DNA of 64,000 nt from Candidatus Altiarchaeales archaeon. Its GTDB lineage: Archaea > Altiarchaeota > Altiarchaeia > IMC4 > SCGC-AAA252-I15. This document shows, one piece after another, positions 39,294-48,982 of this stretch. The translations under genes were made by a program, and so were the position numbers. Every line of letters begins with the position of its first letter. Positions within the stretch are counted from its first letter, which is position 1. The DNA lies in the NCBI GenBank assembly GCA_014727915.1, contig WJMO01000009.1, forward strand, positions 32,001 through 96,000. The letters are read 5' to 3'. The notes beneath the pieces were generated by a model, which saw nothing but the letters and a program-made list of their open reading frames with translations, was not told the DNA's origin and did not search any database.

Positions 39294-39938
39294 ATGATGG
39301 AGTTCAGGACGTCCCTTGCCGTGTCGGCTGCGCTTGTGGTGTTGTCTTTGGCGTCCTCGGGATTCCTATACGGGCAGCTGCCTCATACCATGGCGTCCCA
39401 CTGGAACGCGTCCGGGGAGGTGGACGGCCGCATGGGCCGGGGGGTGGCGGCGTTCATGCTCCCCGCCATACTGGCGGTCCTGCTGGTGTTCTTCGCGGTC
39501 ATACCCCGCATCGACCCGTTGAAGAGGAACATCGAGGAGTTCAAAGGCTACTATGGCGGGTTCATAGTTGTCTTCACGTTGTTCATGATGTTCGTCCACT
39601 TTCACATGCTGCTGTGGAACGTCGGGGTCCGGTTGAGTACGAACGTTGTGGTGCCCGCTGGCGTCGGTCTTCTGTTCATCTACATAGGCTACCTGCTGCC
39701 TCACACGAGGAGGAACTGGTTCATAGGGGTGCGCACGCCCTGGACCCTATCCGATGACCGGGTCTGGGAGAAGACGCACAGGGTCGGGGGAAAGCTCTTC
39801 ACAGCATCCGGGTTAGTTGCCTTGGCGGGCGCCCTGGTGTCGGACCAGGCGGTGGCCTTCATCATAGTCCCGGTCCTGGCCTCAGCCGCATACCTCATAC
39901 TATACAGTTACCTGGAATACAGGAAACTTGGGAAGTAG
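39294..39938 (+). CDS. SdpI/DUF1648 family immunity-type membrane protein
   Basis: LP..MASHWNASGEVDG, RNWFIGVRTPWTLSDDRVWEKTHR. Confidence 0.9.
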   Translation: MMEFRTSLAVSAALVVLSLASSGFLYGQLPHTMASHWNASGEVDGRMGRGVAAFMLPAILAVLLVFFAVIPRIDPLKRNIEEFKGYYGGFIVVFTLFMMFVHFHMLLWNVGVRLSTNVVVPAGVGLLFIYIGYLLPHTRRNWFIGVRTPWTLSDDRVWEKTHRVGGKLFTASGLVALAGALVSDQAVAFIIVPVLASAAYLILYSYLEYRKLGK

Positions 39939-39944
39939 ATCGGG

Positions 39945-40607
39945 TCACAGTCTCCTGTAGTAGAGGTGCATGTTCCTAGTCTTTCCCTCTTCATAGGAGC
40001 ATCCAACCGGTTTTTCTACTCTAATGTAACCGTGTTTTCGCAGTAGTTCCGTGCTTGGTGTGTTGTCCTCGTAGGCTCTGGCTATCATCACAGTGGCTCC
40101 CCTGGCTCTCGCGTGCTCTTCCGCCTCTTCCAACAGTGCGGTGCCTATGCCCTGCCTGAGAAGATTGACCTCGCCCTCCTGTCTACTGTAGGGGTATGCT
40201 ATCCTGTAGTTGACTTCCGCGACTTCCCCCTCCGCTGGTATGTCCACCATCTCGCTCCGGAGTGATTGTCTTGTTCTCCTCATCACTGTGGCTTCTCCGA
40301 GTATGGGCCTGTGAACGTCCGATCCCATTCCGTGTATCTCATCCTCGAAGAGCACGTTCTGCTGTTCTCTGTCATCCTTTGTCACTTCAACTCTGAGCTC
40401 CCTCCAGTCATCTTCCCTCCTGCTCACCGGCAGAAGATATAACCTGGCGAAGGACCCGCCCCCCAGGTCTCCATGGTATTTGAACCCGACCAGCTGCCCG
40501 TGGAGTGTGAACACCTTCGGGAACTCCCCCGAACCAGTGTTGGGGATGGCCTTCAACCTCTGGTCTTCGATGCCCTCCCCCTCTTTGACAACCTCTCTAG
40601 CTACCAT
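39945..40607 (-). CDS. GNAT-family N-acetyltransferase
   Basis: RQGIGTALLEEAEE, N..S..L.RKHGY. Confidence 0.8.
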   Translation of the reverse strand: MVAREVVKEGEGIEDQRLKAIPNTGSGEFPKVFTLHGQLVGFKYHGDLGGGSFARLYLLPVSRREDDWRELRVEVTKDDREQQNVLFEDEIHGMGSDVHRPILGEATVMRRTRQSLRSEMVDIPAEGEVAEVNYRIAYPYSRQEGEVNLLRQGIGTALLEEAEEHARARGATVMIARAYEDNTPSTELLRKHGYIRVEKPVGCSYEEGKTRNMHLYYRRL

Positions 40608-40610
40608 CTT

Positions 40611-41777
40611 CTATCCTAGCCTGTATTTTTTCCCCTTTTTCTTCTTGGGCTTGCATCTTCTCCCTTTTATCTTGTACAGGGTTTCCGTGGGTGTGATCTT
40701 CAGGCTTATCGATGAGATTATGGACGAGATTAGTATGGTGCTGAGGGCTGCGGTGTAGAGCACCTCGTCTATTATGCCCTGGCGGAATCCGAGCAGGACT
40801 ACGATTATGCCGAATGTGAGCCTGTAGTTGAAGAAGAGGGCGGATAGTCTGCTTCCCCTGCCTAACACCCTCTTCACCGAGACCCTGGTGCTTATGTACT
40901 TGGATCCGAACGCTACTATCGTCAGGATGCCGGTGACTTTCAGGGTTTCGAGGTTGAAGTGGGTGAGGTCCATGAGATACCCGCTCTGGAAGAAGAATAT
41001 GGGGCCCATGAAACCGTATACTATGCCCCTGAGCTTGTTCTCGAGTTCCTCGTGGTTTTCGAGGAGGGATGACATGGATATTCCAATGAGGTATGCGAGC
41101 ACGGCTGAGTGGATGCCCACGGACTCGGATAGGAAGCTCAACCCGACCAGGGTGAGCATTATGAACCGCAGCTCCACTTCGACCATGTTCTCGCAGTATC
41201 TCTTGAAGAACCACTGCCCCACATGGGGTAGGATGTATAGGGCGCCCACGATGAACACTATGAAGAGGAGGGTTCCGATGCTCAGTCCCGTGAAGAAGAA
41301 CGAAAGGGAGAACATGCTCATGAGGTCGACGAACATGGCGGATGCGAAGAGTATCTGGCCTATCTCCATCTTCAACAGTCCCTCCTCCCTTAGGTAGGGG
41401 AATACGAGGGCTAGGGAGGTGGTTGACATCCCTATGGACATGAGTATCGCTGCCGTTTGGTCGAGGCCGAGGACCGTGGTTGTGACGGCGTATGTTAGGA
41501 TGAAGGGCACGGCAAAGGATGGTAAGGCGATCTTGAGGCTTTTCTTGTAGTACTTCTGGAGTACGCGGACTTCTGTCTCGAAGCCTGCGAAGAACATCAC
41601 CCCTAGCAGGCCGAAGTTGGCCAGGAAGTCTATCCAGAACACCTCCTTGAGCCCGAAGTAGTTGGAGGCGATAACCCCCGATACTATCTCCAGTATGGCG
41701 GTAGAGAAACCAGCTTCCACCGACACGATGCCGGCTAACAGTATCAATGTGACGATGGATACTCCGGATTGGTCCAT
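40611..41777 (-). CDS. Cation:proton antiporter (CPA2)
   Basis: GLLGVMFFAGFE, STTS, D, PIFFFQSG; about 12 TMs. Confidence 0.9.
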   Translation of the reverse strand: MDQSGVSIVTLILLAGIVSVEAGFSTAILEIVSGVIASNYFGLKEVFWIDFLANFGLLGVMFFAGFETEVRVLQKYYKKSLKIALPSFAVPFILTYAVTTTVLGLDQTAAILMSIGMSTTSLALVFPYLREEGLLKMEIGQILFASAMFVDLMSMFSLSFFFTGLSIGTLLFIVFIVGALYILPHVGQWFFKRYCENMVEVELRFIMLTLVGLSFLSESVGIHSAVLAYLIGISMSSLLENHEELENKLRGIVYGFMGPIFFFQSGYLMDLTHFNLETLKVTGILTIVAFGSKYISTRVSVKRVLGRGSRLSALFFNYRLTFGIIVVLLGFRQGIIDEVLYTAALSTILISSIISSISLKITPTETLYKIKGRRCKPKKKKGKKYRLG

Positions 41778-41812
41778 TATAGGATTATTGGAGGACTAGT
41801 ATATCTACCTTG

Positions 41813-42007
41813 TCATTCCTCGAAAATGAAAAGCTCCTCTATGCTGGCGTCCAATGCCCTGCTGATGTCGTAGGCGAGCCTCAGGCTGGGGTTGTATCTG
41901 CCCTTCTCCAGGAAGACTATGGTCTCCCTTCGGACGCCGACTTTCTTGGCCAGGTCCTCCTGTGTCAGGCTGTGCCTGGCCCTGTATTCTTTGATCCTCG
42001 TCTTCAA
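41813..42007 (-). CDS. XRE-family HTH regulator
   Basis: [32 protein letters not shown]; TTG start. Confidence 0.92.
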   Translation of the reverse strand: MKTRIKEYRARHSLTQEDLAKKVGVRRETIVFLEKGRYNPSLRLAYDISRALDASIEELFIFEE

Positions 42008-42384
42008 CTGACATCACCTTTCCATGCCAGGACCCACCTGAACGCGAGCATGGAGAATGACATGAACATCACTATCGTCCCGTATATGATCTCCGGCTGC
42101 AGTTTCAGAATGTCGAGGTAGTCTAGCCAGTATAGTATGGAAGTTGCCATTAACGTGGCGAACCAGCTGTATGTGGCAGCCCAGGCTCCCAGCTTCCTAG
42201 TGCGCTCATCGCATTTCAATGCTTCTTCCCCGTGCCTCCTTAACCTGACGCCCCTTAGTATGAGTATGAGGCCGCAGGTCATGACGGTCGCGTTCACTGA
42301 CGGGTGAACGTCCCCTGCTGCGAGACCGAATCCGCTGAACAGGAACAGCACCCCCAATCCCATGTATGTTGTCGGCTTCATCAT
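42004..42384 (-). CDS. DUF2178-like membrane protein
   Basis: [16 protein letters not shown]. Confidence 0.8.
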   Translation of the reverse strand: MMKPTTYMGLGVLFLFSGFGLAAGDVHPSVNATVMTCGLILILRGVRLRRHGEEALKCDERTRKLGAWAATYSWFATLMATSILYWLDYLDILKLQPEIIYGTIVMFMSFSMLAFRWVLAWKGDVS

Positions 42385-42390
42385 CCTTTG

Positions 42391-42804
42391 TCACTCCATT
42401 GGTTTTTTCAACGTGAAATATAACAATACCCATGCTAGTCCTGAGACCAGGACTACTGTGCCTAGGGATTCCACCGCCGTCAATGGTGTGAGCCCCAGCT
42501 TGTCCGATATTAGGGTGTTGTACCATACGAGGGCGACGCACACCCATATTGTCGTGTAGTAGCTCCACGCCCCCACCTTGTTGGCGTGCTTTCTGCTGAG
42601 CTCGTCCTCCACTGGCATCCCAGCATTGACTTCTCGCATGTTCTTGGCTACGATGTACGTGACTGCCGCTGTTATGATGGCTGTCAGGGCTATCATCATA
42701 TGGTCGATTTGGCTCCCGCTGCCTCCCATGTAGAACATGATCACTACCAGGAGGGCGAGTCCCGCCACCGCGAATCCCATGTATGCTTTGGCTTTGTCGT
42801 TCAT
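42391..42804 (-). CDS. DUF2178-like membrane protein
   Basis: GMPVEDELSRK...GAWSY; start MNDKAK overlaps the upstream stop (ATGA). Confidence 0.8.
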   Translation of the reverse strand: MNDKAKAYMGFAVAGLALLVVIMFYMGGSGSQIDHMMIALTAIITAAVTYIVAKNMREVNAGMPVEDELSRKHANKVGAWSYYTTIWVCVALVWYNTLISDKLGLTPLTAVESLGTVVLVSGLAWVLLYFTLKKPME

Positions 42805-43202
42805 TCTCCTTTCACCTTCATTACTGCTAGCACTATGAAGTATGTGGCACATGACAGTAGCAGGACGGCGGTGGCTCCGTGCCGTGGCATCATGCCTGGT
42901 ATGTCGTCTATGAACCACCCGACTATGAGGCAGAGGTAGATGGTTATCATCCACGTGTAATACCCTGCCTTGTGGACTATCTTCACGGTCATCTCATCCC
43001 GCAACGGCTCTCCTTTCTTCATGCTGTCCCACATGCCCAACACCACCACCAAACCTATCAACACTATCGTGAACGCAATCCCGATACCGCCCACTTCCAC
43101 CATGTCCAGCGGCCACGCACTAACCGCATACAAGCCCAGGCTGGCGGAAACCGCCGCCACCAAAGCCAAAACCAACACAATCCTCAACCTCACATCCATC
43201 AT
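42801..43202 (-). CDS. DUF2178-like membrane protein
   Basis: GEPLRDEMTVKIVHKAGYYTW. Confidence 0.8.
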   Translation of the reverse strand: MMDVRLRIVLVLALVAAVSASLGLYAVSAWPLDMVEVGGIGIAFTIVLIGLVVVLGMWDSMKKGEPLRDEMTVKIVHKAGYYTWMITIYLCLIVGWFIDDIPGMMPRHGATAVLLLSCATYFIVLAVMKVKGE

Positions 43203-43216
43203 CTACACCTCACGAA

Positions 43217-43257
43217 TGTTAACTAAATCAAACAATATGTTAGAAATAATTAACATA
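43217..43257. promoter_or_regulatory. Tandem TGTT-N10-AACA operators upstream of the DUF2178x3-XRE operon
   Basis: Sites at 43217-43234 and 43238-43255 (21-bp phase), between TTTAAA (43262-43267) and the start codon. Confidence 0.65.
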
Positions 43258-43378
43258 CGGGTTTAAATACTTAACGTTGGTGTCTCTAATACATGTAAAT
43301 GGTCTTTACGGATGTATATTGTACACTAGTGCCAACTTTTTTATATGTGTAGCGCCTATTTCTTCATAGAATAACCAC

Positions 43379-43420
43379 CCCATCCTTAGCTGGCACTATC
43401 ACACGCCAGCTAACGATGGG
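43379..43420 (+). promoter_or_regulatory. 16-bp stem-loop in the NYN gene leader
   Basis: cccatccttagctggc-N10-gccagctaacgatggg, one mismatch, 12 nt before the ATG. Confidence 0.7.
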
Positions 43421-43432
43421 TCCAAAAATTAA

Positions 43433-44014
43433 ATGACTAGAGTAATTGTGTTCATTGATGGTAGTAACTTCTATCACACCTGCAAAAACCACCTTGGCAC
43501 CTCAGATATTGAGTTCCGTGCGTTCTGTGATAAACTAGCAGAGAATAACACCATTGTAGAAATTGGGTATTATACTGCTCCAGTTAGTCAACAGACTTTC
43601 CCTGAACGATATCAAACCCAACAAAAATTCTTTTCTAGGATTCGTAAAATACCTCATCTTAAACTCATACTTGGGAAGCTCAGACCACGGAATATAACTT
43701 GTCCTCGGTGTCGTAAGATCATTCCACTATGTCCTGAATGCAAGCGTAAAATTGTATCTCATGTGGAGAAGAAAACAGATGTTAATTTTGCAGTGGATAT
43801 GGTGGCTTTGGCTTTTGAGGATAAATATGACACTGGTATAATAGTCACAGGAGATGGAGATTTCACCAGCGCGGTGAAACTAGCTCAGAAGCTAAATAAG
43901 AAGATAATTATTGCTCATTTTGCCAGGGGCTACTCGTCAGAGCTCAATCAAACTTGCGACAGTGAAATCATCTTAGATGCTGACTACATGGAGGGATGCT
44001 ATCTCGACTACTAA
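43433..44014 (+). CDS. NYN (LabA/DUF88 PIN-like) ribonuclease with Zn-ribbon insertion
   Basis: FIDGSNFY, EKKTDV..AVDM, VTGDGDF, ELNQTCD; CPRC...CPEC insert; AT-rich. Confidence 0.9.
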   Translation: MTRVIVFIDGSNFYHTCKNHLGTSDIEFRAFCDKLAENNTIVEIGYYTAPVSQQTFPERYQTQQKFFSRIRKIPHLKLILGKLRPRNITCPRCRKIIPLCPECKRKIVSHVEKKTDVNFAVDMVALAFEDKYDTGIIVTGDGDFTSAVKLAQKLNKKIIIAHFARGYSSELNQTCDSEIILDADYMEGCYLDY

Positions 44015-44128
44015 AACTAAAATCTACTTGTGAGAATATCAAATATCACTCATAAATTGTTTTTATCTAATAACGGCTATTTTAATTTACTCGTATTTTT
44101 TTCTTAATTATTTTAACTTTTCTTTTGA

Positions 44129-44389
44129 TTATTTGATTAGTTGTATGTTTTTGAGTTCTTGGATGGATTTGCTTATGAGTTCTGTTGTTATGAGGTCTTT
44201 TTTGATGTTGAGTTTGTCGGTCATTTCTTGGCGTATTTCGTCTATGGTTCGTTGGCCGTTGCAGAGGCTCCAGAGGAGTATTGTGGTGTTTTCGGCTGCC
44301 AGGGTCTTGTTGTCCCCTGTTAATAGTGTCTTCCGCCCGTCTTCTTCGACCAGCTTTCCCTGCTTCATTGGCTTGTATTCGTCTTCCAT
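44129..44389 (-). CDS. PqqD-family (RRE-like) small protein
   Basis: TILLWSLCNGQRTIDEI...; follows a radical SAM gene. Confidence 0.7.
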   Translation of the reverse strand: MEDEYKPMKQGKLVEEDGRKTLLTGDNKTLAAENTTILLWSLCNGQRTIDEIRQEMTDKLNIKKDLITTELISKSIQELKNIQLIK

Positions 44390-44440
44390 CTTTTCTCTCC
44401 CTCCCCCGGGCGCAAGCCATTAAGACCAGACTAATAAAAG

Positions 44441-45892
44441 TTATCCGCCCTTCAACAGGTAGCTGGTCTTCTCGATGATGTTGTCTAACACGGCTTTGGC
44501 GCCGCCGTAGCCGTATATCATCTTCAGATATTGGATGTTCTGGCGGGGGTTCAACGCCACCTTCAGCATGATCCTCTTACGGGCCTTGTGCATGGTCTCC
44601 GCGATCTCAGCCCCGGACAGGTTCGGGTACTCGATCACCGGGTTCTGGCCTGTGAAATCGCTCCAGTCCCCTGCCTTCAACCACCCCTCCCGCTCCGCCT
44701 GCTCGTAGAACTTCGTCCCCGGGTAGGGTATGGCCATGGAGAACTGGGCCGTGTCAGTGCCAAGCGAAAAAGCGAACTTCAATGTCTTCTCCATGGTCTC
44801 ACGGGTCTCGCCCGGCAAGCCGAACATGTACGTCGCATGGGATTCGATGCCAATCCTCTTAAGCAGCTGGACGACCCGCCGTACTTCCGACAGGTTCACG
44901 TGCTTGTTGATGTTATCGAGTATCCTAGGGTCGGCACTCTCCACCCCGAACTTGATGGCGATGCACCCGGCCTCCTTCATCGCCCTCAATGTCTCCTCCG
45001 TCAATTTAGCGTCCGCCATACAAGACCAGTAAACCTTCAAACCCCTCTTCACAATCTCCCCGCAGATGCTGCGGACACGCTCCTGGTCGACGCTGAAGCT
45101 GCTGTCGTCGAAGTAGATCTCCCGGGCCCCGTAGCTCTCCACAAGATACTGCATCTCGTCCACGACGGACTCGGGCGACCGGGCGCGGTAGCTTCGCATC
45201 CCATAGAAAACCCACGGCTCCAGGCAGTAGGTGCACTGGTACGGGCAACCCCTGCTGCTCCACATCTGCGCGTTCGGCGCGTGCTTGCAGAAGGGGTCTA
45301 TGTACTTCTCCATCGGCAGCTCCTCACGCAACGGATAGGGCATCTCGTCCACGTCAGCCAACGGGGCCTTCCCGTTCACCACCGGCTTCCCACCCTCCTT
45401 GAAACCAAGGCTCTTTATCTCTGTGAAGTCTCCATCCACCCCCAACGCGTTCACCAATTCGAGCAGCGGGTACTCGTATTCGTAGGTGATAATGAAATCC
45501 ACATACTCTTCCCTCAGCAGTTCTTCGCCCTTGGCCGTCGCATGCGGCCCGGTCAACACGGTCTTAGAACCCAACTCTTTGGCCTTGGACGTCCACATGA
45601 GGTCGTTCCCTATGGAGGGCGTGGACGTCTCGAACACGGCGACATCCGCGCTCTCATTTTTCATGTATTCGAGGAATTCGACGTCGGTCATCTCCTCCGC
45701 GATGCAGTCCTTTATCAGCACCTCATGCCCTCCTTCCCTGAGGACTGCGGCGGCGTAGGCCAGGAAGAACGGGAATGGATAGTAGGGGAGCTGCTCCTTC
45801 TTGAGCTTCAGATGGGGCCACCTGCTGCCAGCCCTCAAGCCCACCTTCTCGCTATCGCTTATCCACGGGAGATTCGCCAACAGTACCTTCAT
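44441..45892 (-). CDS. B12-binding radical SAM protein, HpnJ-like
   Basis: AGSRWP...PFPFFLAYAAA N-terminus, SSRGCPYQCTYC, FDDSSF, PYPGT. Confidence 0.88.
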   Translation of the reverse strand: MKVLLANLPWISDSEKVGLRAGSRWPHLKLKKEQLPYYPFPFFLAYAAAVLREGGHEVLIKDCIAEEMTDVEFLEYMKNESADVAVFETSTPSIGNDLMWTSKAKELGSKTVLTGPHATAKGEELLREEYVDFIITYEYEYPLLELVNALGVDGDFTEIKSLGFKEGGKPVVNGKAPLADVDEMPYPLREELPMEKYIDPFCKHAPNAQMWSSRGCPYQCTYCLEPWVFYGMRSYRARSPESVVDEMQYLVESYGAREIYFDDSSFSVDQERVRSICGEIVKRGLKVYWSCMADAKLTEETLRAMKEAGCIAIKFGVESADPRILDNINKHVNLSEVRRVVQLLKRIGIESHATYMFGLPGETRETMEKTLKFAFSLGTDTAQFSMAIPYPGTKFYEQAEREGWLKAGDWSDFTGQNPVIEYPNLSGAEIAETMHKARKRIMLKVALNPRQNIQYLKMIYGYGGAKAVLDNIIEKTSYLLKGG

Positions 45893-46853
45893 CGTGTACC
45901 CTAACCTTTCGATTCCAAGCTATTAAATATCCTGCGATAACCTGTGGCGTCGTGGACAGCAGCAGGATCATTGCGCTCATCGCCACCAGCGGCTCCCGCT
46001 CGATGCCCATCTGGGTGAACAGGAACAGTATGGTCGCGTCGCGTGTTCCCACTCCCATCACCGACAACGGCAGCACCTCCGCGATGGAGATTATGGGTAT
46101 GAAGAGGATGTAAACCCAGAGTTCCGCGTCCACTCCCACCGCACGCCCGAAGAAGTAGGGGCGGGCGAATATGGTCAGCCATCCCAGGAGGGTCAACGCC
46201 ATCACCGTCCATTTGTCCCCGCTGCCTTTGAAACCTGACACCACCTCATGGAACGCCTTGAACAGTTGCTTGGTGTTGTCCCGGAAACGCTCTGGTATGA
46301 GGAAGTTCTGCAGCGGCCTTAGAATGAGAGTGGACAGGCTCTCGTTCAAGGCGACCGCCAGGGCTGCCACCGTCGCCAAGATAGGCGCTAGCAAGGTCAC
46401 GACACCAACCTCCCCGCCGGTGAACATGAAGGCCACCAGTGCCGTGCAAACCCCCGCGGAGACGAACAGCACGATGAAGTTGATTATCCTGTCCAACACC
46501 CCCACAGCCAGCGCCTTCAACGAGGTCATGCCCGTCTTGTCCCGCAGGTCCGTGACCTTCACCAGGTCCCCTGCCCTCCCGGGTGTGGATGAGCCGAAGG
46601 CTATGCCGATCATGTAGGTCTGCAGCGCGTCCGCCAACCTGTAGCCGTGGGCGTAGATGCTCGCGAAAACCTTCCAGTTCAGGCCGCGGATGACCGTCTC
46701 GACCAAAACGAGCAGGATGGCCAGGAGTATGAACCTCAGGTCCGCACCCGCTATTATGGCAACTGTCTCCCCCAGGTCGATGGTAGCCAAGATGAAGGCG
46801 AACAGCAGCAGACCCACGACCGAGAGGTATTTAAGCATGTGCATCTTTCCCAA
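45852..46853 (-). CDS. Lysylphosphatidylglycerol-synthase TM / flippase-like (UPF0104) protein
   Basis: TPGRAGDLVK, LDR, LPLSVMGVGTRD. Confidence 0.88.
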   Translation of the reverse strand: MGKMHMLKYLSVVGLLLFAFILATIDLGETVAIIAGADLRFILLAILLVLVETVIRGLNWKVFASIYAHGYRLADALQTYMIGIAFGSSTPGRAGDLVKVTDLRDKTGMTSLKALAVGVLDRIINFIVLFVSAGVCTALVAFMFTGGEVGVVTLLAPILATVAALAVALNESLSTLILRPLQNFLIPERFRDNTKQLFKAFHEVVSGFKGSGDKWTVMALTLLGWLTIFARPYFFGRAVGVDAELWVYILFIPIISIAEVLPLSVMGVGTRDATILFLFTQMGIEREPLVAMSAMILLLSTTPQVIAGYLIAWNRKVRVHDEGTVGESPVDKR

Positions 46854-46876
46854 AACTATTAAGGCTTCCGTTTAAA

Positions 46877-48049
46877 TTAAATCCACGAGACCATGTTCGC
46901 CTGGAACTCTATCATTATCACTGCCAGGAACATGAACAGGGACGAGAAGAAGGCCACGTCCATCCTGTCCAAGGCTCGCCCGTAGTAGATGAACAGGGGC
47001 CAGATGACTCCGAGATACCGTCCTATGCTCCCCCCGGTGCCGAAGACCAGCATGTGGAAGGCCAGGTAGGCGAGGGAGTAGAGCATCAGCTCCCCGTCCA
47101 CGCCCTTCAGGTAGTAGCCGGCGAGGAAGGCGAAGTAGGTGAAAAGCACGGCGACCGCTCCCGTGCCCACCAGACCCCCTAAAACCACATACTTGTATCC
47201 TGCGCACAATGCGGTTATCTCCGTGAGTGCATACCCTGTCAATGCTGGCACCTTTACGTACATCCAGTAGAGTATGGGGGCTGCGTAGACGTTGAGGGAG
47301 ACCAGTCCGCCAGCCAACCTCCTACTACCCCCTCTACGGTTCTTCCAACCATATAGTATCGTGTATATTGGGTAGAGTATCATGCCAGGGAATCGGGTGA
47401 AGGAGGCGAACATCACAGCAACCCCCGCCAAACCCATCCTGCCCCTCTTGTAGCTCATCCAGGAGATCAGCGCGAAAAGCAGGAAGAGGGGTTCGCTGTA
47501 GGCGGTCATCCACACAGTCAGGTTATAGGGGAACAATGCCATCAACAGAGTGGCCTTGAAGGCATCATCGGGTTTCAGCCACTCCAGTGCTATGTTGTAG
47601 AACAGGACTATCACGGCCAGTGATGCCAGGTTGGAAACCGCCAGCGCGGCAGCCTTCACGCTCATCAAGTTAGCGAATGTCCATATGAACGCGGGGTACA
47701 TGAACAGCCAGTTGTAAAGGCATGGGGCCCTCTCCATCTCCCTGTTGTTCGGCTTTAGGTAGGGTGTGTCTTCGCGGCGGAACACGTATCCTTCCCCGGC
47801 GATGTTGACGAACCACCTGCTGTCGAAGGTGTAAGCGAGCTTGTCGACTAATGGTCTGCTGTCGTATTCCATGCCCACGACACGCCAGTTCTCGCTGACG
47901 TACTCGTAGCTTATGCCGAGGAAAGCTCCAACGTCCTCGACGGGTACCGTGGCAAGGACCAACACCAGGAACAGTTTGGCGAGTATGTTAGCGGACAGTA
48001 GTATGGTGAGGTGTTTCCTGGTCGTGTCATCTTTGGGCTTCAAGGTCAT
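46877..48049 (-). CDS. GT-C mannosyltransferase (PIG-V/GT76-like)
   Basis: FDSRWFVNIAGEGY, FMYP, LFP, AYSEPLFL, TRFPG. Confidence 0.82.
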   Translation of the reverse strand: MTLKPKDDTTRKHLTILLSANILAKLFLVLVLATVPVEDVGAFLGISYEYVSENWRVVGMEYDSRPLVDKLAYTFDSRWFVNIAGEGYVFRREDTPYLKPNNREMERAPCLYNWLFMYPAFIWTFANLMSVKAAALAVSNLASLAVIVLFYNIALEWLKPDDAFKATLLMALFPYNLTVWMTAYSEPLFLLFALISWMSYKRGRMGLAGVAVMFASFTRFPGMILYPIYTILYGWKNRRGGSRRLAGGLVSLNVYAAPILYWMYVKVPALTGYALTEITALCAGYKYVVLGGLVGTGAVAVLFTYFAFLAGYYLKGVDGELMLYSLAYLAFHMLVFGTGGSIGRYLGVIWPLFIYYGRALDRMDVAFFSSLFMFLAVIMIEFQANMVSWI

Positions 48050-48052
48050 GGT

Positions 48053-48982
48053 CTAGACCCTGGCCCGCCAGTGTTCGAGGGTGTCCTCGAGGGTCTGGTC
48101 TATCCTGATCTTTGGATTGTAACCTGTCCGTTTCACCAGCTTCGAGTTGTCCCCCATTATGATGGGCTCGTCGGTGGGCCTCATCAGCGCGGGGTCCTGC
48201 TCGGTACTCACTTCCCCGCCGCTCATCTCCACCAGCTGGTCCAGGAGGTCCTGTATCTTATGCACCTTCATGGAGCAGAGGTTGTAGACGTCACCGTAGT
48301 CCGCCTTCTCGCAGGCGTGCAAAGCCCTCACCTGGTCTCGCACGTCGGTGATGTCTCGCTTGGCCTCCAGGTTACCGTGGGTGACGGTCTTCCTCTTCCC
48401 AGCCTCGCACTCGGCTACCCGTTTCGCGAAGTCGCTCACCACGTCCTTCACCTTCCCCGGGCCTGTGGTGTTGAATATCCTAGCCCGCACTCCCTTAACC
48501 CCGTTGTTCTTGAAATACTGGTATGTCAGCAGGTCTTGGCCGACCTTGCTCACCCCGTAGGGGTGGAGGGGCTCCAGCCGGTGCGTCTCCTTCACGGGGA
48601 CCTCGTCCTCGGTGACGAAACCGTACTCTGCGGAGGAGCAGGCGACGACGACAACAGGGTCCAGGTTGTGCTTTAGGATCGATTCGAAGAGGTTCGCAGT
48701 GCCGACGGTGTTCGTCTCCAAAGTCAGCTGCGGCTGCTCCCATGAGACTGTAGGGTAGCTCTGGGCTGCCAGGTGGTATACTACGTCTGGCGCGGACTTG
48801 CCCACTGCGTCGTTGACCTCCTCCATCACCCGGACGTCGCATTTCACGAAGTGGTCGGATTCCATGTCCCTGGCGTACTCCTCCTCCTCCACTGAAGCCC
48901 ATACCTCATACCCTTCCTTTCTGAGGAATTCTATCATGTGCCGTCCTATGAACCCTTCGCTGCCGGTTACCAGAGCCCTCAT
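48053..48982 (-). CDS. GDP-4-keto-6-deoxy-sugar reductase / GDP-mannose dehydratase-like SDR (Rmd-like)
   Basis: TGSEGFIG, HLAAQS, SSAEYG, PYGVSK, FNTTGP, RDITDVRD. Confidence 0.88.
   Translation of the reverse strand: MRALVTGSEGFIGRHMIEFLRKEGYEVWASVEEEEYARDMESDHFVKCDVRVMEEVNDAVGKSAPDVVYHLAAQSYPTVSWEQPQLTLETNTVGTANLFESILKHNLDPVVVVACSSAEYGFVTEDEVPVKETHRLEPLHPYGVSKVGQDLLTYQYFKNNGVKGVRARIFNTTGPGKVKDVVSDFAKRVAECEAGKRKTVTHGNLEAKRDITDVRDQVRALHACEKADYGDVYNLCSMKVHKIQDLLDQLVEMSGGEVSTEQDPALMRPTDEPIIMGDNSKLVKRTGYNPKIRIDQTLEDTLEHWRARV

Noticed and set aside
44531-45904. 457-aa + strand ORF
   Set aside because: Antisense shadow of the B12 radical SAM gene, explained by codon bias.
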